From Octopus vulgaris (taxonomy: Eukaryota), in assembly GCA_951406725.2 (NCBI GenBank), contig OX597837.1, positions 34,162,001 through 34,226,000 of the forward strand: 64,000 bases of DNA, in the 5' to 3' direction. Both the position numbers and the translations under genes were made by a program. Below the pieces are notes generated by a model. The model saw nothing but the letters and a program-made list of their open reading frames with translations. It searched no databases and was not told where the DNA came from. Positions 14,050 to 28,599 of the stretch are shown piece by piece. Position 1 is the first letter of the stretch. Each line of letters starts with the position of its first letter.

Positions 14050-15845
14050 ACCAGATCTCAAATTCTTTTTGTCTAACTCTATACTTAAGACTTAAATATA
14101 AAATCGATAATCGATTCTAAAATAACCAATGCTTACTAATTCTACATGATTTCCTATATTTCGCGCCTTTCATCATGTTCCTTCGCAGATCCTCAATCTT
14201 GATATTTAAATTTCCTGTATAAACATGCCAGACTTCATTGTAGCAGAATTCAGACTTATCGCAGACGTGTGTTTCTAAATAAATGCTTCTGAATCTTCCT
14301 AGCTTGACGTCGGACGAAAACTTATTATTGTTAAATAAGCCATCATTTATATTATCCATCATCTAATCCATAGCTAAAATGTATACTTGCATACTTAACA
14401 TCAACTGGCAAAAGGTCCTGTGTCCTCTTATTTTTAATTAGAGCTGGCAGAAACGTTAGCGCGCCGGGCGAAATGCGTAGCCGTATTTCGTCTGCCGTTA
14501 CGTTCTGGGTTCAAATTCCGCCGAGGTTGACTTTGCGTTTCATTCTTTCGGGGTCGATAAATAAAGTACCAGTTACGCACTGGGGGTCGATGTAATCGAC
14601 TTAATCCCTTGTCTGTCCTTGTTTGTCCCCTCTATGTTTAGCCCCTTGTGGGCAATAAAGAAATAAGAAACGTTAGCGCGCCGGGCGAAATGCGTAGCCG
14701 TATTTCGTCTGCCGTTACGTTCTGGGTTCAAATTCCGCCGAGGTTGACTTTGCGTTTCATTCTTTCGGGGTCGATAAATAAAGTACCAGTTACGCACTGG
14801 GGGTCGATGTAATCGACTTAATCCCTTTGTCTGTCCTTGTTTGTCCCCTCTATGTTTAGCCCCTTGTGGGCAATAAAGAAATAAGAAACGTTAGCGCGCC
14901 GGGCGATATGCGTAGCCGTATTTCGTCTGCCGTTACGTTCTGGGTTCAAATTCCGCCGAGGTTGACTTTGCCTTTCATTCTTTCGGGGTCGATAAATAAA
15001 GTACCAGTTACGCACTGGGGTCGATGTAATCGACTTAATCCCTTTGTCTGTCTTTGTTTGTCCTCTCTGTGTTTAACCCCTTGTGGGTAGTAAAGAAATA
15101 GGTATTTCGTCTGCCGATACGCCGAGGTCGACTTTGCCTTTCATCCTTTCGGAGTCGATTAAATAAGTAGCAGTTATGCACTGGGGTCGGTATAATCGAC
15201 TTAATCCCTTTGTCTGTTCTTGTTTGTCCCCTCTGTGTTTAGCCCCTTGTGGGCAATAAAGAAATATATTGTATTTAAACAGATGTCATCAATGGAGCTG
15301 CGAACGAAACAGACCATCAGGTATTCCATTTTGACGATACTTTTTGGTCCTTCGCCGCTTTAATCAATATATTGTAGCAACTATCAACCAACATACTAAC
15401 GTCCGTTAAATCTTTATCGCATCTATCTAAAAGTTTCTTAATCAAGGAAAAGGAACAAGCTCTTAGCAAGACATAACACTTAAGATACTCCCTACCTTCG
15501 TACAATTTATTAAGCTTTTCTCAAGTCCCGGAAATCTCTCTTTCAGATTTATTGCCTGTTTAATCCGCGACCATGACTACGTTTTCTCGGAAAAACAGGC
15601 CGTGAAAAATACGTCAGTCACTTCATTTCCACTCGAAATACTTCCTAAACTTTTAATCTTATCATTCAAACCAAGCGGATATACACTACATAGTTCTCTA
15701 CTCGAAAGTTTTATTTATCTAGAAGCATTTGTCCAGCGTTATGGTCATTTCCCACCAGTTAATCTATAACTTGCACTCTGCAACTACGTGACTCAGGAGT
15801 TTATCGATTCCTCTCCGCTTTATACGTTCGCCAATGTCCGTTAAG
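14050..15845 (-). mobile_element. Penelope-like retroelement remnant with GIY-YIG upstream of RT (Naiad-like)
   Basis: Minus strand reads RELCSVYPLGLNDKIKSLG (~15645-15702), then RKRSHGR, then after the SINE array HVCDKSEFCYNEVWHVYTGNL..LRRNMMKGAKYR (14117-14330). Confidence 0.6.
14441..15266 (+). mobile_element. Tandem array of four SINE A units
   Basis: Head-to-tail units of ~208 bp, near-identical, sharing private variants. Confidence 0.93.
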
Positions 15846-15967
15846 GTGTTGGTGTAATGCTTGAGTCGCCTGTCCCATATATTGTACGTCACATTCATCA
15901 CAACCAGCTACAAAAATCACAATACGAGATTTGCAATCTAACACCAAATTATTGTCGATATTAAATA

Positions 15968-16110
15968 TAAGGTTGTCCCAAAAGTTCGTAGAAAGTCTTA
16001 GAAAATAATGGTCTTTATTTTGAGGAATAATTTTTGTTGTTTTTGTTAGTACTTGGCGAGTAAAAATTCAATTTTCGCAAGTGTTTACGAACTTTTGGGA
16101 CAACCTAATA
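15968..16110. mobile_element. Tc1/mariner-type MITE
   Basis: AGGTTGTCCCAAAAGTTCGTA / TACGAACTTTTGGGACAACCT inverted ends in TA context. Confidence 0.8.
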
Positions 16111-16426
16111 TCTTACTAGTTATATTACTAACAAATATTTCATTACAAAGAAAAACATAGACAATTACGTACCTAACACCTACTAACAACGCGACTGCAC
16201 CCCGTTTCGAATATTTAACCGTTTTTCCTTTTGTTATAAGATTTATGAAGGAAAGAATTTTAAAGTTACTCTCTTCGAAAATACATAACCTACACCAGCC
16301 GGTTTAAACTAGAGAGAAGGTAGATACCTGGTATAAATCTCCTGAAAATCAAGACTTCTCATTGACACTAGCAATGCCTGACGGTTCAGTTCACAATTCT
16401 TCCAAACCTTATAACCGGATATATAT

Positions 16427-16654
16427 CTTACTCTTTTACTCTTTTACTTGTTTCAGTCATTTGACTGCGGCCAAGCTGGAGCACCGCCTTTAATCGAGCA
16501 ACTCGACTCCGGGACTTATTCTTTTTGTAAGCCCAGTACTTATTCTATCGGTCTCTTTTGCCGAACCGCTAAGTAACGGGGACATAAACACACCAGCATC
16601 GGTTGTCAAGCAATGCTAGGGGACAAACACAGACACACAAACACACACACGCAT

Positions 16655-16715
<61 letters not shown>

Positions 16716-16881
16716 TACGACGGGCTTCTTTCAGTTTCCGTCTACCAAATCCACTCACAAGGCTTTGGTCGACCCGAGACTATTAGTAGAAGACACTTGC
16801 CCAAGGTGTCACGCAGTGGGACTGAACCCGGAACCATGTGGTTGGTAAACAAGCTACTTACCACAGAGCCACTCCTGCGCC
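16427..16881 (-). mobile_element. SINE family B, full length
   Basis: Complete head, internal TA tract and (AGTAAAAG)n tail. Confidence 0.92.
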
Positions 16882-17046
16882 TATATATATATATATATAT
16901 AAATTTTTTTTTTGCAAGATTCCTAATGTGAAATCGTTTGTTGAAACAGATATTGTTATATTTCGGGACGGTCATTATTTTTCTTGCCAAATAAAGCGCG
17001 TGCATTAATTTGGCAAGAAGAAAAAAAGGACCACCCCAAAATAAAA

Positions 17047-17625
17047 CAGCGTTGGCACGCCGGGCGAAATGCTTAGCGGTATTTCGTCTGTCTTTACGTT
17101 CTGAGTTCAAATTCCGCCGAGGTCGACTTTGCCTTTCATCCTTTCGGGGTCGATTAAATAAGTACCAGTTACGCACTGGGGTCGATGTAATCAACTTAAT
17201 CCCTTTGTCTGTCGTTGTTCGTCCTCTATATGTTTAGCCCCTTGTGGGTAGTAAAGAAATAGGTATTTCGTCTGCTGTTACGTTCTGAGTTCAAATTCCG
17301 CCGAGGTCGACTTTGCCTTTCATCCTTTCGGGGTCGATTAAATAAGTACCAGTTACGCACTGGGGTCGATGTAATCAACTTAATCCCTTTGTCTGTCGTT
17401 GTTCGTCCTCTATATGTTTAGCCCCTTGTGGGTAGTAAAGAAATAGGTATTTCGTCTGTCTTTACGTTCTGAGTTCAAATTGCGCCGAGGTCGACTTTGC
17501 CTTTCATCCTTTCGGGGTCGATTAAATAAGTACCAGTTACGCACTGGGGTCGATGTAATCAACTTAATCCCTTTGTCTGTCGTTGTTCGTCCTCTATATG
17601 TTTAGCCCCCTGTGGGCAATAAAGA
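17047..17625 (+). mobile_element. Tandem trimer of SINE A body
   Basis: Three ~187-bp units sharing the variant TGTCGTTGTTCGTCC. Confidence 0.92.
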
Positions 17626-17818
17626 TATATATATATAGTGGATTCCTCGTTGGCTTCGACGAATTAGTGTCCAAGAGCCAGCTGTTATACACACACAAAG
17701 ATGATTTGTTTTCAATGATGGATGCTTGTGTAGATCCTGTCAAGAACACACAGCTGTATGTGTGTGTGTGTGTGTGTGTGTTTGTGTGTGTGTTTGTGTG
17801 TGTGTGTATGTGTGTGTA

Positions 17819-17866
<48 letters not shown>

Positions 17867-17896
17867 TGTGTATGTGTGTGTGTATGTGTGTGTGTA

Positions 17897-17946
<50 letters not shown>

Positions 17947-17964
17947 TGTAGTAATATACAAGCT

Positions 17965-18354
17965 GTGGAGGCGCAATGGCCCAGTGGTTAGGGCAGCGGA
18001 CTCGCGGTCATAAGATCGCGGTTTCGATTCCCAGACCGGGCGTTGTGAGTGTTTATTGAGCGAAAACACCTAAAAGTTCCACGAGGCTCCGACAGGGGAT
18101 GGTGGTGATCCCTGCTGTACTATTTCACCACAACTTTCTCTCACTCTTACTTCCTGTTTCTGTTGTACCTGTATTTCAAGGGGCCGGCCTTGTCACTCTC
18201 TGTGTCACGCTGAATATCCCCGAGAACTACGTTAAGGGTACACGTGTCTGTGGAGTGCTCAGCCACTTACACGTTAATTTCACGAGCAGGCTGTTCCGTT
18301 GATTCGGATCAACCGGAACCCTCATCATTGTAACCGACGGAGTGCTTCCATTCC
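17965..18354 (+). mobile_element. SINE family C, full length
   Basis: Head GTGGAGGCGCAATGGCCCAGTGGTTAGGGC..GGTTTCGATTCC; TTCCA tail; 15-bp TSD AGTAATATACAAGCT at 17950-17964 and 18355-18369. Confidence 0.93.
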
Positions 18355-18487
18355 AGTAATATACAAGCTGTCCAAAACAAAACAATGTACACACATTGAA
18401 TGATGATGAAGTCATTCTTTATTTAAATGCATTTTATTTTCAATGTTTAATACGATCTACAGATAGAATATATTTTTTTCCAAGAAA

Positions 18488-18902
18488 GGCGGTGAGCTGG
18501 CAGAAACGTTAGCGCGCAGGGCGAAATGCTTAGCGGTATTTCGTCTGTCGTTACGTTCTGAGTTCGAATTTCGCCGAGGTTGACTTTGCCTTTCATCCTT
18601 TCGGGGTCGATAAATAAAGTACCAGTTTCGCACTGCGGTCGATGTAATCGACTTAATACCTTTGTCTGTCCTTGTTTGTCCCCACTATGTTTAGCCCCTT
18701 ATGGGTAATAAAGAAATAGGTATTTCGTCTGTCGTTACGTTCTGAGTTCGAATTCCGCCGAGGTTGACTTTGTCTTTCATCCTTTCGGGGTCTATAAATA
18801 AAGTACCAGTTTCGCACTGCGGTCGATGTAATCGATTTAATCCCTTTGTCTGTCCTTGTTTGTCCCCTCTATGTTTAGCCCCTTGTGGGTAATAAAGAAA
18901 TA
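18488..18902 (+). mobile_element. SINE family A, dimeric
   Basis: Head plus duplicated body. Confidence 0.9.
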
Positions 18903-19045
18903 TATATTTTTTTCAAAGAAAGGGATGACCGTTCTTCTCCAAGCACGAAGAGATGGCCATCGCAAACATCAAGAGACATTTCATTCGGCATTTGTAGGCA
19001 TTCACGTTTATTGGTTGCTCCTTACTTGTCGGTTGCTCTAAATTT

Positions 19046-19270
19046 TGAGGGTCATTGTATTGTCGGTTACGTAGGGGACAATGTAGACTTGAATAAATCA
19101 GGAAGGACGGGTACAGTTAGGGATGTCTTCCATCAAAGGTGTTGTTCACGGTTGGAATAATCGAGAAGTTACCTTGTCTGAGCGTCAAACTTTATGTACG
19201 CATGTACTTTATGTACCTCTGTGTGTTTGTGTGTGTGTGTATGCGTTTATATTACGTATGTATATATGCA
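19046..19270 (+). repeat. Unclassified dispersed repeat (second copy at 27289-27520)
   Basis: Shared block GAGGGTCATTGTATTG..GTCAAACTTTATGTACGCA followed by the same microsatellite-like tail. Confidence 0.8.
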
Positions 19271-19639
19271 TGCATGTATGTATGTGTGTATGTATGTATG
19301 TATGTATGTATGTATGTATGTATGTATGTATGTATGTACATGGTAGTGGCTGTGTGGTAAGTAGCTTGCTAACCAACCACATGGTCGCGGGTTCAGTCCC
19401 ACTGCGTGGCATCTTGGGCAAGTGTCTTCTGCTATAGCCCCGGGCCGACCAATGCCTTGTGAGTGGATTTGGTAGACGGAAACTGAAAGAAGCCTGTCGT
19501 ATATAAACTTTATCTTTTAAGAATCTTCAAAAAAAAAACAAAAAAACAAATCTCGTATTGTGATTTTTGTAGCTGGTTGTGATGAATGTGACGTACAATA
19601 TATGGGACAGGCGACTCAAGCATTACACCAAAACCACTG

Positions 19640-20790
19640 GTGTGGGGGGGGGACTGGTGAACATGGGGGATACTGTACTGAAACTTTTCGTTCAATCCGC
19701 TCGTTTAGCAAAATCTCATCAAAGTAGACCCTTACATTACTATGGTTGTCTTTAGGTTTCCCATCTTGCTGGAAATAAAACTCCCTATCTTTAACTCTTC
19801 TTGAATGCTTCGTATGACGGATTGTCACAGCAAGTTCAAGTAAATGAGAGAAGTCACGGTGCAATTAATCTTTTTGATGGTAAGCAGCACTAAATTGTAA
19901 TTCCTGCGAAATTAATACGATGTTCTTCCGTGACATTTGGACTTTCAGGTCCTCAATAGGTGCGATTGTAGCAGTTAATTAAGTTAATTAAGCCTTTTAC
20001 TGTAAACTAGCAGTATCGCCCGGCGTTGCTCGGGTTTGTAAGGGAAATAACTATACAGCATTTTTAGAGAGTTATAGCCAAAAAATAGCAAAAAAATGTA
20101 TTAAAAATGGAAAAAATATGATGGTAAATTTTTTTAAAAATCGTTGACTCATCGTAGACATTTTTAGAGAGTTACTTCCCTTTAAAAAAATATGCATGAA
20201 AATGGAAAAAAATGATGGTAAATTATTTTTAAAATCGTAGACTCATCGTAGACGCGCGCTAATACCCAGAAGGGCTCGATATGAATCACGACTATAAGAT
20301 ACCCGGTTTTGGTTAAACTGCACCGCAAAATGTGGGAGTAGTTAGGAATCTAAATCGAAGGGGACAGACACTCACACAACTACAGTTTTATATATAAAGA
20401 TATAGTCTCATCGTACTAATCAATCTTTGTTGGTGGGTGTGTATCTGCTATACATCTTACCAAGTACCACTTGTAAAGCTCCACTCTTCGGCCCGGATCT
20501 TCATCATTGCGAGTAAGGACTATTTTTAGAATGTGATTTTTCCAATGACAGTGCTTGAAAATGTGATGAACCCTGGATTTTGAAATTCCTGTCTCACGAC
20601 TCATTTACCGCGAAGGTTCTTTTGAACCTTGTTGATACATATTTAGTTACGATTCTTACTTTGCGAGGCTGGTCTTTGTCCGAGGTCATCCGGAACGTCT
20701 CTTGTGGACGTTCGAAAAGTTCGTTCGGCTCCAAATTTGTCTCTAATTCAAGTTATGAGTCTGTTAGCAGCTCCTTTTGACAGCTATTTC
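19640..20790 (-). pseudogene. Decayed Tc1/mariner-superfamily transposase, interrupted by a Helitron
   Basis: SRETGISKSRVHHI (HTH), DEDPGRRVEL, FYFQQDG..H..VRVYFDE, YPPCSP. Confidence 0.75.
20007..20400 (-). mobile_element. Non-autonomous Helitron, subtype 1
   Basis: 5' TC (TCTTTATATATAAA) and 3' hairpin CCCGAGCAACGCCGGG plus CTAG; inserted between A and T with no TSD. Confidence 0.9.
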
Positions 20791-20942
20791 GGCATGGTGG
20801 TGTCTCTCAGATACCCTTATTTATAGTTATATATATATATATATATATATATAGATAGAGAGAGAGAGAGAGAGAGAGCCATGTATATACATGTGTATAT
20901 ATTTATGCTCATATGTATAAACATAAACACACACACGCATAT

Positions 20943-20995
<53 letters not shown>

Positions 20996-21057
20996 AAATT
21001 AACAGAATGAAATAAAAATCCAAGACTGTGAAAAGATTTCAGAACATTTATAAAGAG

Positions 21058-21105
21058 GTCTTACAGCTGTTTCCGGGATATTTTATATATCCCTTCATCG
21101 GAGAC
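21058..21105 (-). ncRNA. Minimal type I hammerhead ribozyme motif with palindromic stem III
   Basis: GUCU-CCGAUGA-A-GGGAUAU[AUAAA]AUAUCCC-G-GAAA-CAGCUG-UA-AGAC. Confidence 0.8.
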
Positions 21106-21322
21106 GGCGTGAGAAAATGGTTAAGCAATATATATATATATATAAATTTATAAATAAGGATAATATCGATATTTAAATATCGATCTTATCTAGTGGCCAG
21201 CATGGGAATAAATACCATACAAAGGTAATAATTATTTAAACTATAAATTAGAGTATCTTAGAGATACCACCATGCTATTTCAGCGTGGTGGTATCTCTCA
21301 GATATCCTAATTTATAGTATAT

Positions 21323-21697
21323 ACTTTTACTTGTTTCAGTCATTTGACTGCGGCTATGCTGGAGCACCGCTTTTAGTCGAGCAAATCGACCCCGGGACTT
21401 ATTCTTTGTAAGCCCAGTACTTATTCTATCGGTCTCTTTTGCCGAACCGCTAAGTTACGGGGACATAAACACACCAGCATCGGTTGTCAAGCAATGCTAG
21501 GGGGACAAACACAGACACACAAACATATACACACACACTTATATATATATACATATATACGACAGGCTTCTTTCAGTTTCCGTCTACCAAATCCACTCAC
21601 AAGGCATTGGTCGGCCCGAGGCTATAGCAGAAGACACTTACCCAAGGTGCCACGCAGTGGGACTGAACCCGGAACCATGTGGCTGGTAAGCAAGCTA
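21323..21697 (-). mobile_element. SINE family B, 5'-truncated
   Basis: Family motifs. Confidence 0.9.
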
Positions 21698-21705
21698 ATA
21701 TATAT

Positions 21706-22095
21706 CAGGCCCGTGTCGTCAGTAATGACTCAGGGCAGGCAGTTGGTGACGTTTATGTAGTAAAACACGCAAAAACAAAGGCGCGTGATCAATTGAAGTC
21801 AGATTTACTTCTGCCTATATACCGCCTAGAGAAAACGTAGGAATGTACGAAACCCGTGTGCTTCAGCGGTTCTATGCATAACTTTAGTACTGAGATTGAA
21901 AAGCAGAGGCGATGTATGCTTACGTAATCTACAAAAGGATAAAATATTTAGTATTTTATGCATAATAACCGGAGTAACCTTCATGGTTTTATTGAATTAG
22001 GTTCATATTTTGCCATGAAAAGAAAATGTTACTATCAATCTATTTTATTCAAAACAGGCACTGCCTACCTTGCGTAACGAGGCGACACGTCACTG
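21706..22095. mobile_element. Old hAT-like MITE
   Basis: Imperfect TIRs CAGGCCCGTGTCGTC / GGCGACACGTCACTG plus subterminal inverted GCAGGCAGT / ACTGCCTAC. Confidence 0.5.
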
Positions 22096-22151
22096 ATATA
22101 TAGACACACATACACACATACACATACACATGTGTGTATGTATTAATAAGC

Positions 22152-22189
<38 letters not shown>

Positions 22190-22368
22190 CACATGTATAA
22201 GTATATGTATGTATATGTATACATGTATATGCATATATATATATATAAATACACACACACAATGTATATGTATGTATGTATAACTGAATGAAGGGCCTCT
22301 GTGGAAGTGTATAATATTTTCTTTATAAACTGACTCGGGTTAGAGTAAGTATTCCCCTTTACAAGCGA

Positions 22369-23190
22369 TTCTTCTTCTTCTTCTTCTTTTTCTTTTTTTT
22401 TCTTCTTCTTCTTCTTGTTCGTCTTCTTGTTCGTCTTCTTCTTCTTCTTCTTCTTCTTCTTTTTTCTTCTTCTTCTTGTTCGTCTTCTTGTTCGTCTTCT
22501 TCTTCTTCTTCTTCTTCTTCTTCTTCTTCTTTTTCTTTTCTTCTTCTTCTTCTTCTTCTTCTTCTTTTTCTTCTTCTTGTTCGTCTTCTTGTTCGTCTTC
22601 TTCTTCTTCTTCTTCTTCTTTTTCTTTTCTTCTTCTTCTTCTTCTTCTTCTTCTTCTTCTTCTTCTTCTTCTTCTTTTCTTCTTCTTCTTCTTCTTCTTC
22701 TTCTTCTTCTTCTTCTTCTTGTTCGTCTTCTTGTTCGTCTTCTTGGTCGTCTTCTTCTTCTTCTTCTTCTTCTTCTTCTTTTTCTTTTCTTCTTCTTTTT
22801 CTTCTTCTTCTTTTTCTTTTTTTTCTTCTTCTTGTTCTTGTTCTTCTTCTTCTTCTTTTTCTTTTCTTCTTCTTCTTCTTCTTCTTCTTCTTCTTCTTTT
22901 TCTTTTTTTTCTTCTTCTTGTTCGTCTTCTTGTTCTTGTTCTTGTTCTTCTTCTTCTTCTTCTTCTTCTTCTTCTTCTTTTTCTTTTCTTCTTCTTCTTC
23001 TTCTTCTTTTTCTTTTCTTCTTCTTCTTCTTCTTCTTCTTCTTTTTCTTTTCTTCTTCTTCTTCTTCTTCTTCTTCTTCTTCTTTTTCTTTTTTTTTCTT
23101 CTTCTTGTTCGTCTTCTTGTTCTTGTTCTTCTTCTTCTTCTTCTTGTTCGTCTTCTTGTTCGTCTTCTTCTTCTTCTTCTTCTTCTTCTC
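22369..23190. repeat. ~820-bp degenerate (TTC)n polypyrimidine tract
   Basis: Read directly; recurring TTGTTCGTC and TTTTTC interruptions. Confidence 0.97.
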
Positions 23191-23771
23191 CTTTGCAAGG
23201 AAGCGTTTTTGTGCGTGTGTGCTCCCCACCCCACCCCACCCCACTCTGTCTCGACATCACGTGGCGATCGTAAACGAGCACGACCGTCATACAAGCGAGG
23301 CTATTCGTTACCAGTCCTTCGTAAAAAAAAAAACAAAAAAATTTATTTTTAAACTTCTGGCTATGGAGAAGTGTTACCTTGCTGCGGGGGTGGGGTGTGG
23401 TGGTGGCGAGAAATTCCGTTTGGCGCTATTCAAGTATGGTGAAGTGGATGTGAAATGACGATGATAATGAAATATGCGTGCGTGTGTCTGTGTGTGAGGT
23501 GTGGTGGTGGTGGTGGTGGTGGTGGTGGTGGTGGTGGTGGTGTGTGTGTGTGTGTATGTATGCGTGCATGAGAGAGAGAGAGAGAGAAAGAGAGAGAAAG
23601 AGAGAGAGAGTGTGTGTATGTGTGTGTGTGGAGTGCTCAGCCACTTACACGTTAATTTCACAAGCAGGCTGTTCCGTTGATCGGATCAACTGGAACCCTC
23701 GTCGTCGTAACTGACGGAATGTCACGAGTAAACCAACACCGGCTGCCAGGCAGTGAGAAGGGACAAACGCA

Positions 23772-23921
<150 letters not shown>

Positions 23922-24402
23922 AGATATAGATGCCGAAATTCTTTCTGTTTCCGTCTACCAAAACCACTCACAAGACTTTGGTCGACCCAAGATACCGCGC
24001 AATGCGACTGAACCCAAGACTACGAGGTTAAGAAGCAAACTTGCCAACCGCGTGGAACCCAGTCGTATCTACACACACAACACACACAATATACACAAGC
24101 AAGACTAGTTCCCCCTCTCTTTAGTTTTACTAGATTGAAAATTCAATTAAAATAAGAAAGAAACCCAAATAATTTGGGCATGAAACTCCTGATCAGAAAA
24201 AAATATTTAAATGATGTAGAGCTTGAAAAACGAAACCAAAAAGAAACCTTAATAAAAATCTAAAAGAAAATGTTGGGAAAATAAATTGGCTTTTGTTGTA
24301 GAGATTCTGCCAGGAAAAATGGTGATTTTGACATTCCATTAATCTGCCTGACAAAACGGACTTTTGACATGACAGAATCTTGTCTCAAATAGATGTTACG
24401 AG

Positions 24403-24473
<71 letters not shown>

Positions 24474-24474
24474 T

Positions 24475-25539
24475 TCAAGTTTTGCCAGAAGGGCAGCTTG
24501 GGGGAGGGGATAAAGTCGATTACGTCGACCCCAGTGCGTAACTGGTACTTATTTAATCGGCCCCGAAAGGATGAAAGGTAAAGTCGACCTCGGTAGAATT
24601 TAAACTCACAGCATAACGGCAGACGAAATACCTATTTCTTTACTACCCACAAGGGGCTAAACACAGAGAGGACAAACAAGGACAGACAAACGGATTAAGT
24701 CGATTATATCGACCCAGTGCGTAACTGGTACTTAATTTATCGACCCCGAAAGGATGAAAGGCAAAGTCGACCTCGGCGGAATTTGAACTCAGAACGTAAC
24801 GACAGACGAAATACTGCTAAGCATTTCGCCCGGCATGCTAACGTTTCTGCCAGCTCACTTAATAATGATAACAACAACAAATTTAGTGGGAGGGGACTAG
24901 TCGCTTGCATCGACTCCAATATTTTACTGGTATTTAATTTATAAGGCGGCGAGCTAGCAGAAACGTTAGCGCGCCGGGCGAAATGCTTAGCAGTATTTCG
25001 TCTGCAGTTACGTTCTGAGTTCAAATTCCGCCGAGATCGACTTTGCCTTTCATCCTTTCGGGGTCGATAAATTAAGTACCAGTTACGCACTGGGGTCGAT
25101 GTAATCGACTTAATACCTATGTCTGTCCTTGTTTGTCCCCTCTATGTTTAGCCCCCTGTGGGTAATAAAGAAATAGGTATTTAATTTATTGACCCCGAAA
25201 TGATAAAAGGCAAAGCCCACTTTGACGGAATTTTAATCAAAGAACGAAAAGACAGACCAAATGCCGCAAATCGACTTAATCTCCTCCCCCAAATTTGGGG
25301 CCTTGTTCTTCCAGTAGAAAGGGTTATTTATTATTGGCAGAATCGTTAGCACGCCGGGCAAAGTGCTTAACGGTATTTCGTCCGTCCTTACGATCCAAGT
25401 TCATATTCCATCGAGGTCGACTTTGCCTTTCATTCTTTCGGAGTCGATAAATTAAGTACCACTGAAACACTGAGGTCGATGTAATTGACTAGTCCCCACT
25501 CCCAAAATTTCAGGTCTTTTGTCTTAAGTAGAAAGAATT

Positions 25540-25540
<1 letters not shown>
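24475..25540. mobile_element. Cluster of SINE A copies in opposing orientations
   Basis: Minus-strand dimer at 24475-24858, plus-strand copy at 24945-25180, older fragments beyond. Confidence 0.88.
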
Positions 25541-26247
<707 letters not shown>

Positions 26248-26439
26248 TGATCTATTATATATCCTTTAATGTTAGAGCGTCTGCCCTTTATAAATGTAAT
26301 CCCCAACTGTTTTATGGGTTGTGCCTAGTCCGTTGATATCGTCCTCCATGTCTTCGTCCCTTTTGGCCAATAAAAAATATCTTTATCAGGATTCATTTTT
26401 TTGACTCATAAACATTTAACAGGCTTTATAGTATTCTTT

Positions 26440-26678
26440 TATGTTTCAGTCATTTGACTGCGGCCATGCTGGAGCACCGCCGTTAGTCACGAAAATCGAC
26501 TCCAGGACTTATTCGATCGGACTGGTACTTATTCTATCGGTCTTTGTTGCCGAACCGCTAAGTCAAGGGGACGTAAACACACCACCATCGGTTGTCAAAC
26601 GATGTTGGGCAGGGTGACAAACACATACACAAACATATACATACACACATACACACATACTATATATATATATACATA

Positions 26679-26741
<63 letters not shown>

Positions 26742-26900
26742 GATTCTTTCACTTTCCATCTACCAAATCCACTCACAAGGTTTTGGTCGGCCCGAGGCTA
26801 TAGTAGAAGACACTTGCCCAAGGTGTCACGCAGTGGGACTGAACCCGGAACCATGTGGTTGGTAAGCAAGCTACTTACCTCACAGCCACTCCTGCGTCTA
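26440..26900 (-). mobile_element. SINE family B
   Basis: Family motifs. Confidence 0.9.
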
Positions 26901-27597
26901 TGATAATAATAATTTTTAATTACTAAAAAAAAAAAAAAAGTTATATTTGACTTTTTAATTGTTGTCAAGTAAAATCGGAACAGGTGTCGAACGGGAAGAC
27001 GTTTGCTTTGGACTATCAGTGAGGTTTATTAATTAGTACATATTTCAGAACACATCCCGTTTACCATTTTTGTTCTTGTGAGAAGTTGATCTTTCAAGGT
27101 AGTGGGCAATGAATGGGACCCGGGTCACGGATGTAGTAACCGATTTTCTTAACTACGCCTGTGACACACTAATCTTGAAAAAAAAAAAGAAAGAAAGACA
27201 AAAAACAAAATGAAAAATTTCTTTTAATTGATCGCTTTCTTTTGTGTCACAAAATATTTCTAGAATAATCACTAGGGCCCCAGGATTTCGAGGGTCATTG
27301 TATTGACGGTTACGTAGGGGATAATGTAGACCTGAATAAATCAGGAAGGACGGGTACGGTTAGGAATGTCTTCCATCAAAGGTGTTGTTCACGGTTGGAA
27401 TAATCGAGAAGTTACCTTGTCTGAGCGTCAAACTTTATGTACGCACATACATACCTTTGTGTGTTTGTGTGTGTGTATATGTGTTTATGTTACGTATGTA
27501 TATATGCATGCATGTATGTATGTGTATATACCGCGTGTGTACCGTTGGCGATTTTTTTCCCTCTGTCTTCCCTTCTCTGGATCTTTCCTTCTCCTAA

Positions 27598-27632
27598 GTT
27601 TCCGACGAAGAGCTCCGCTCGAAACGTTAAAC
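27598..27632 (+). ncRNA. Minimal type I hammerhead ribozyme motif
   Basis: GUUU-CCGACGA-A-GAGC[UCC]GCUC-GAAA-CG-UU-AAAC; palindromic AACGUU in place of stem III. Confidence 0.72.
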
Positions 27633-27743
27633 CCTCCTTCTTTCCTTCTTTCCTGAACGTCCAATAATTCTATATTTGTTCCACGTCCTCGCGTTGTTGT
27701 GTTTTTTTTTTTGTGCTTTCTTATTAATTTCTTGTTTGGATTA

Positions 27744-28577
<834 letters not shown>

Positions 28578-28599
28578 TGTACTTAATATATTGTAATGT

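Noticed and set aside
17965-18045. tRNA gene
   Set aside because: A/B boxes are present, but the sequence continues into a SINE body with a TSD; the same holds for all similar heads.
22090-23458. 300-380-aa poly-E/K/R ORFs
   Set aside because: Open in nearly all frames because of the (TTC)n tract; an artefact.
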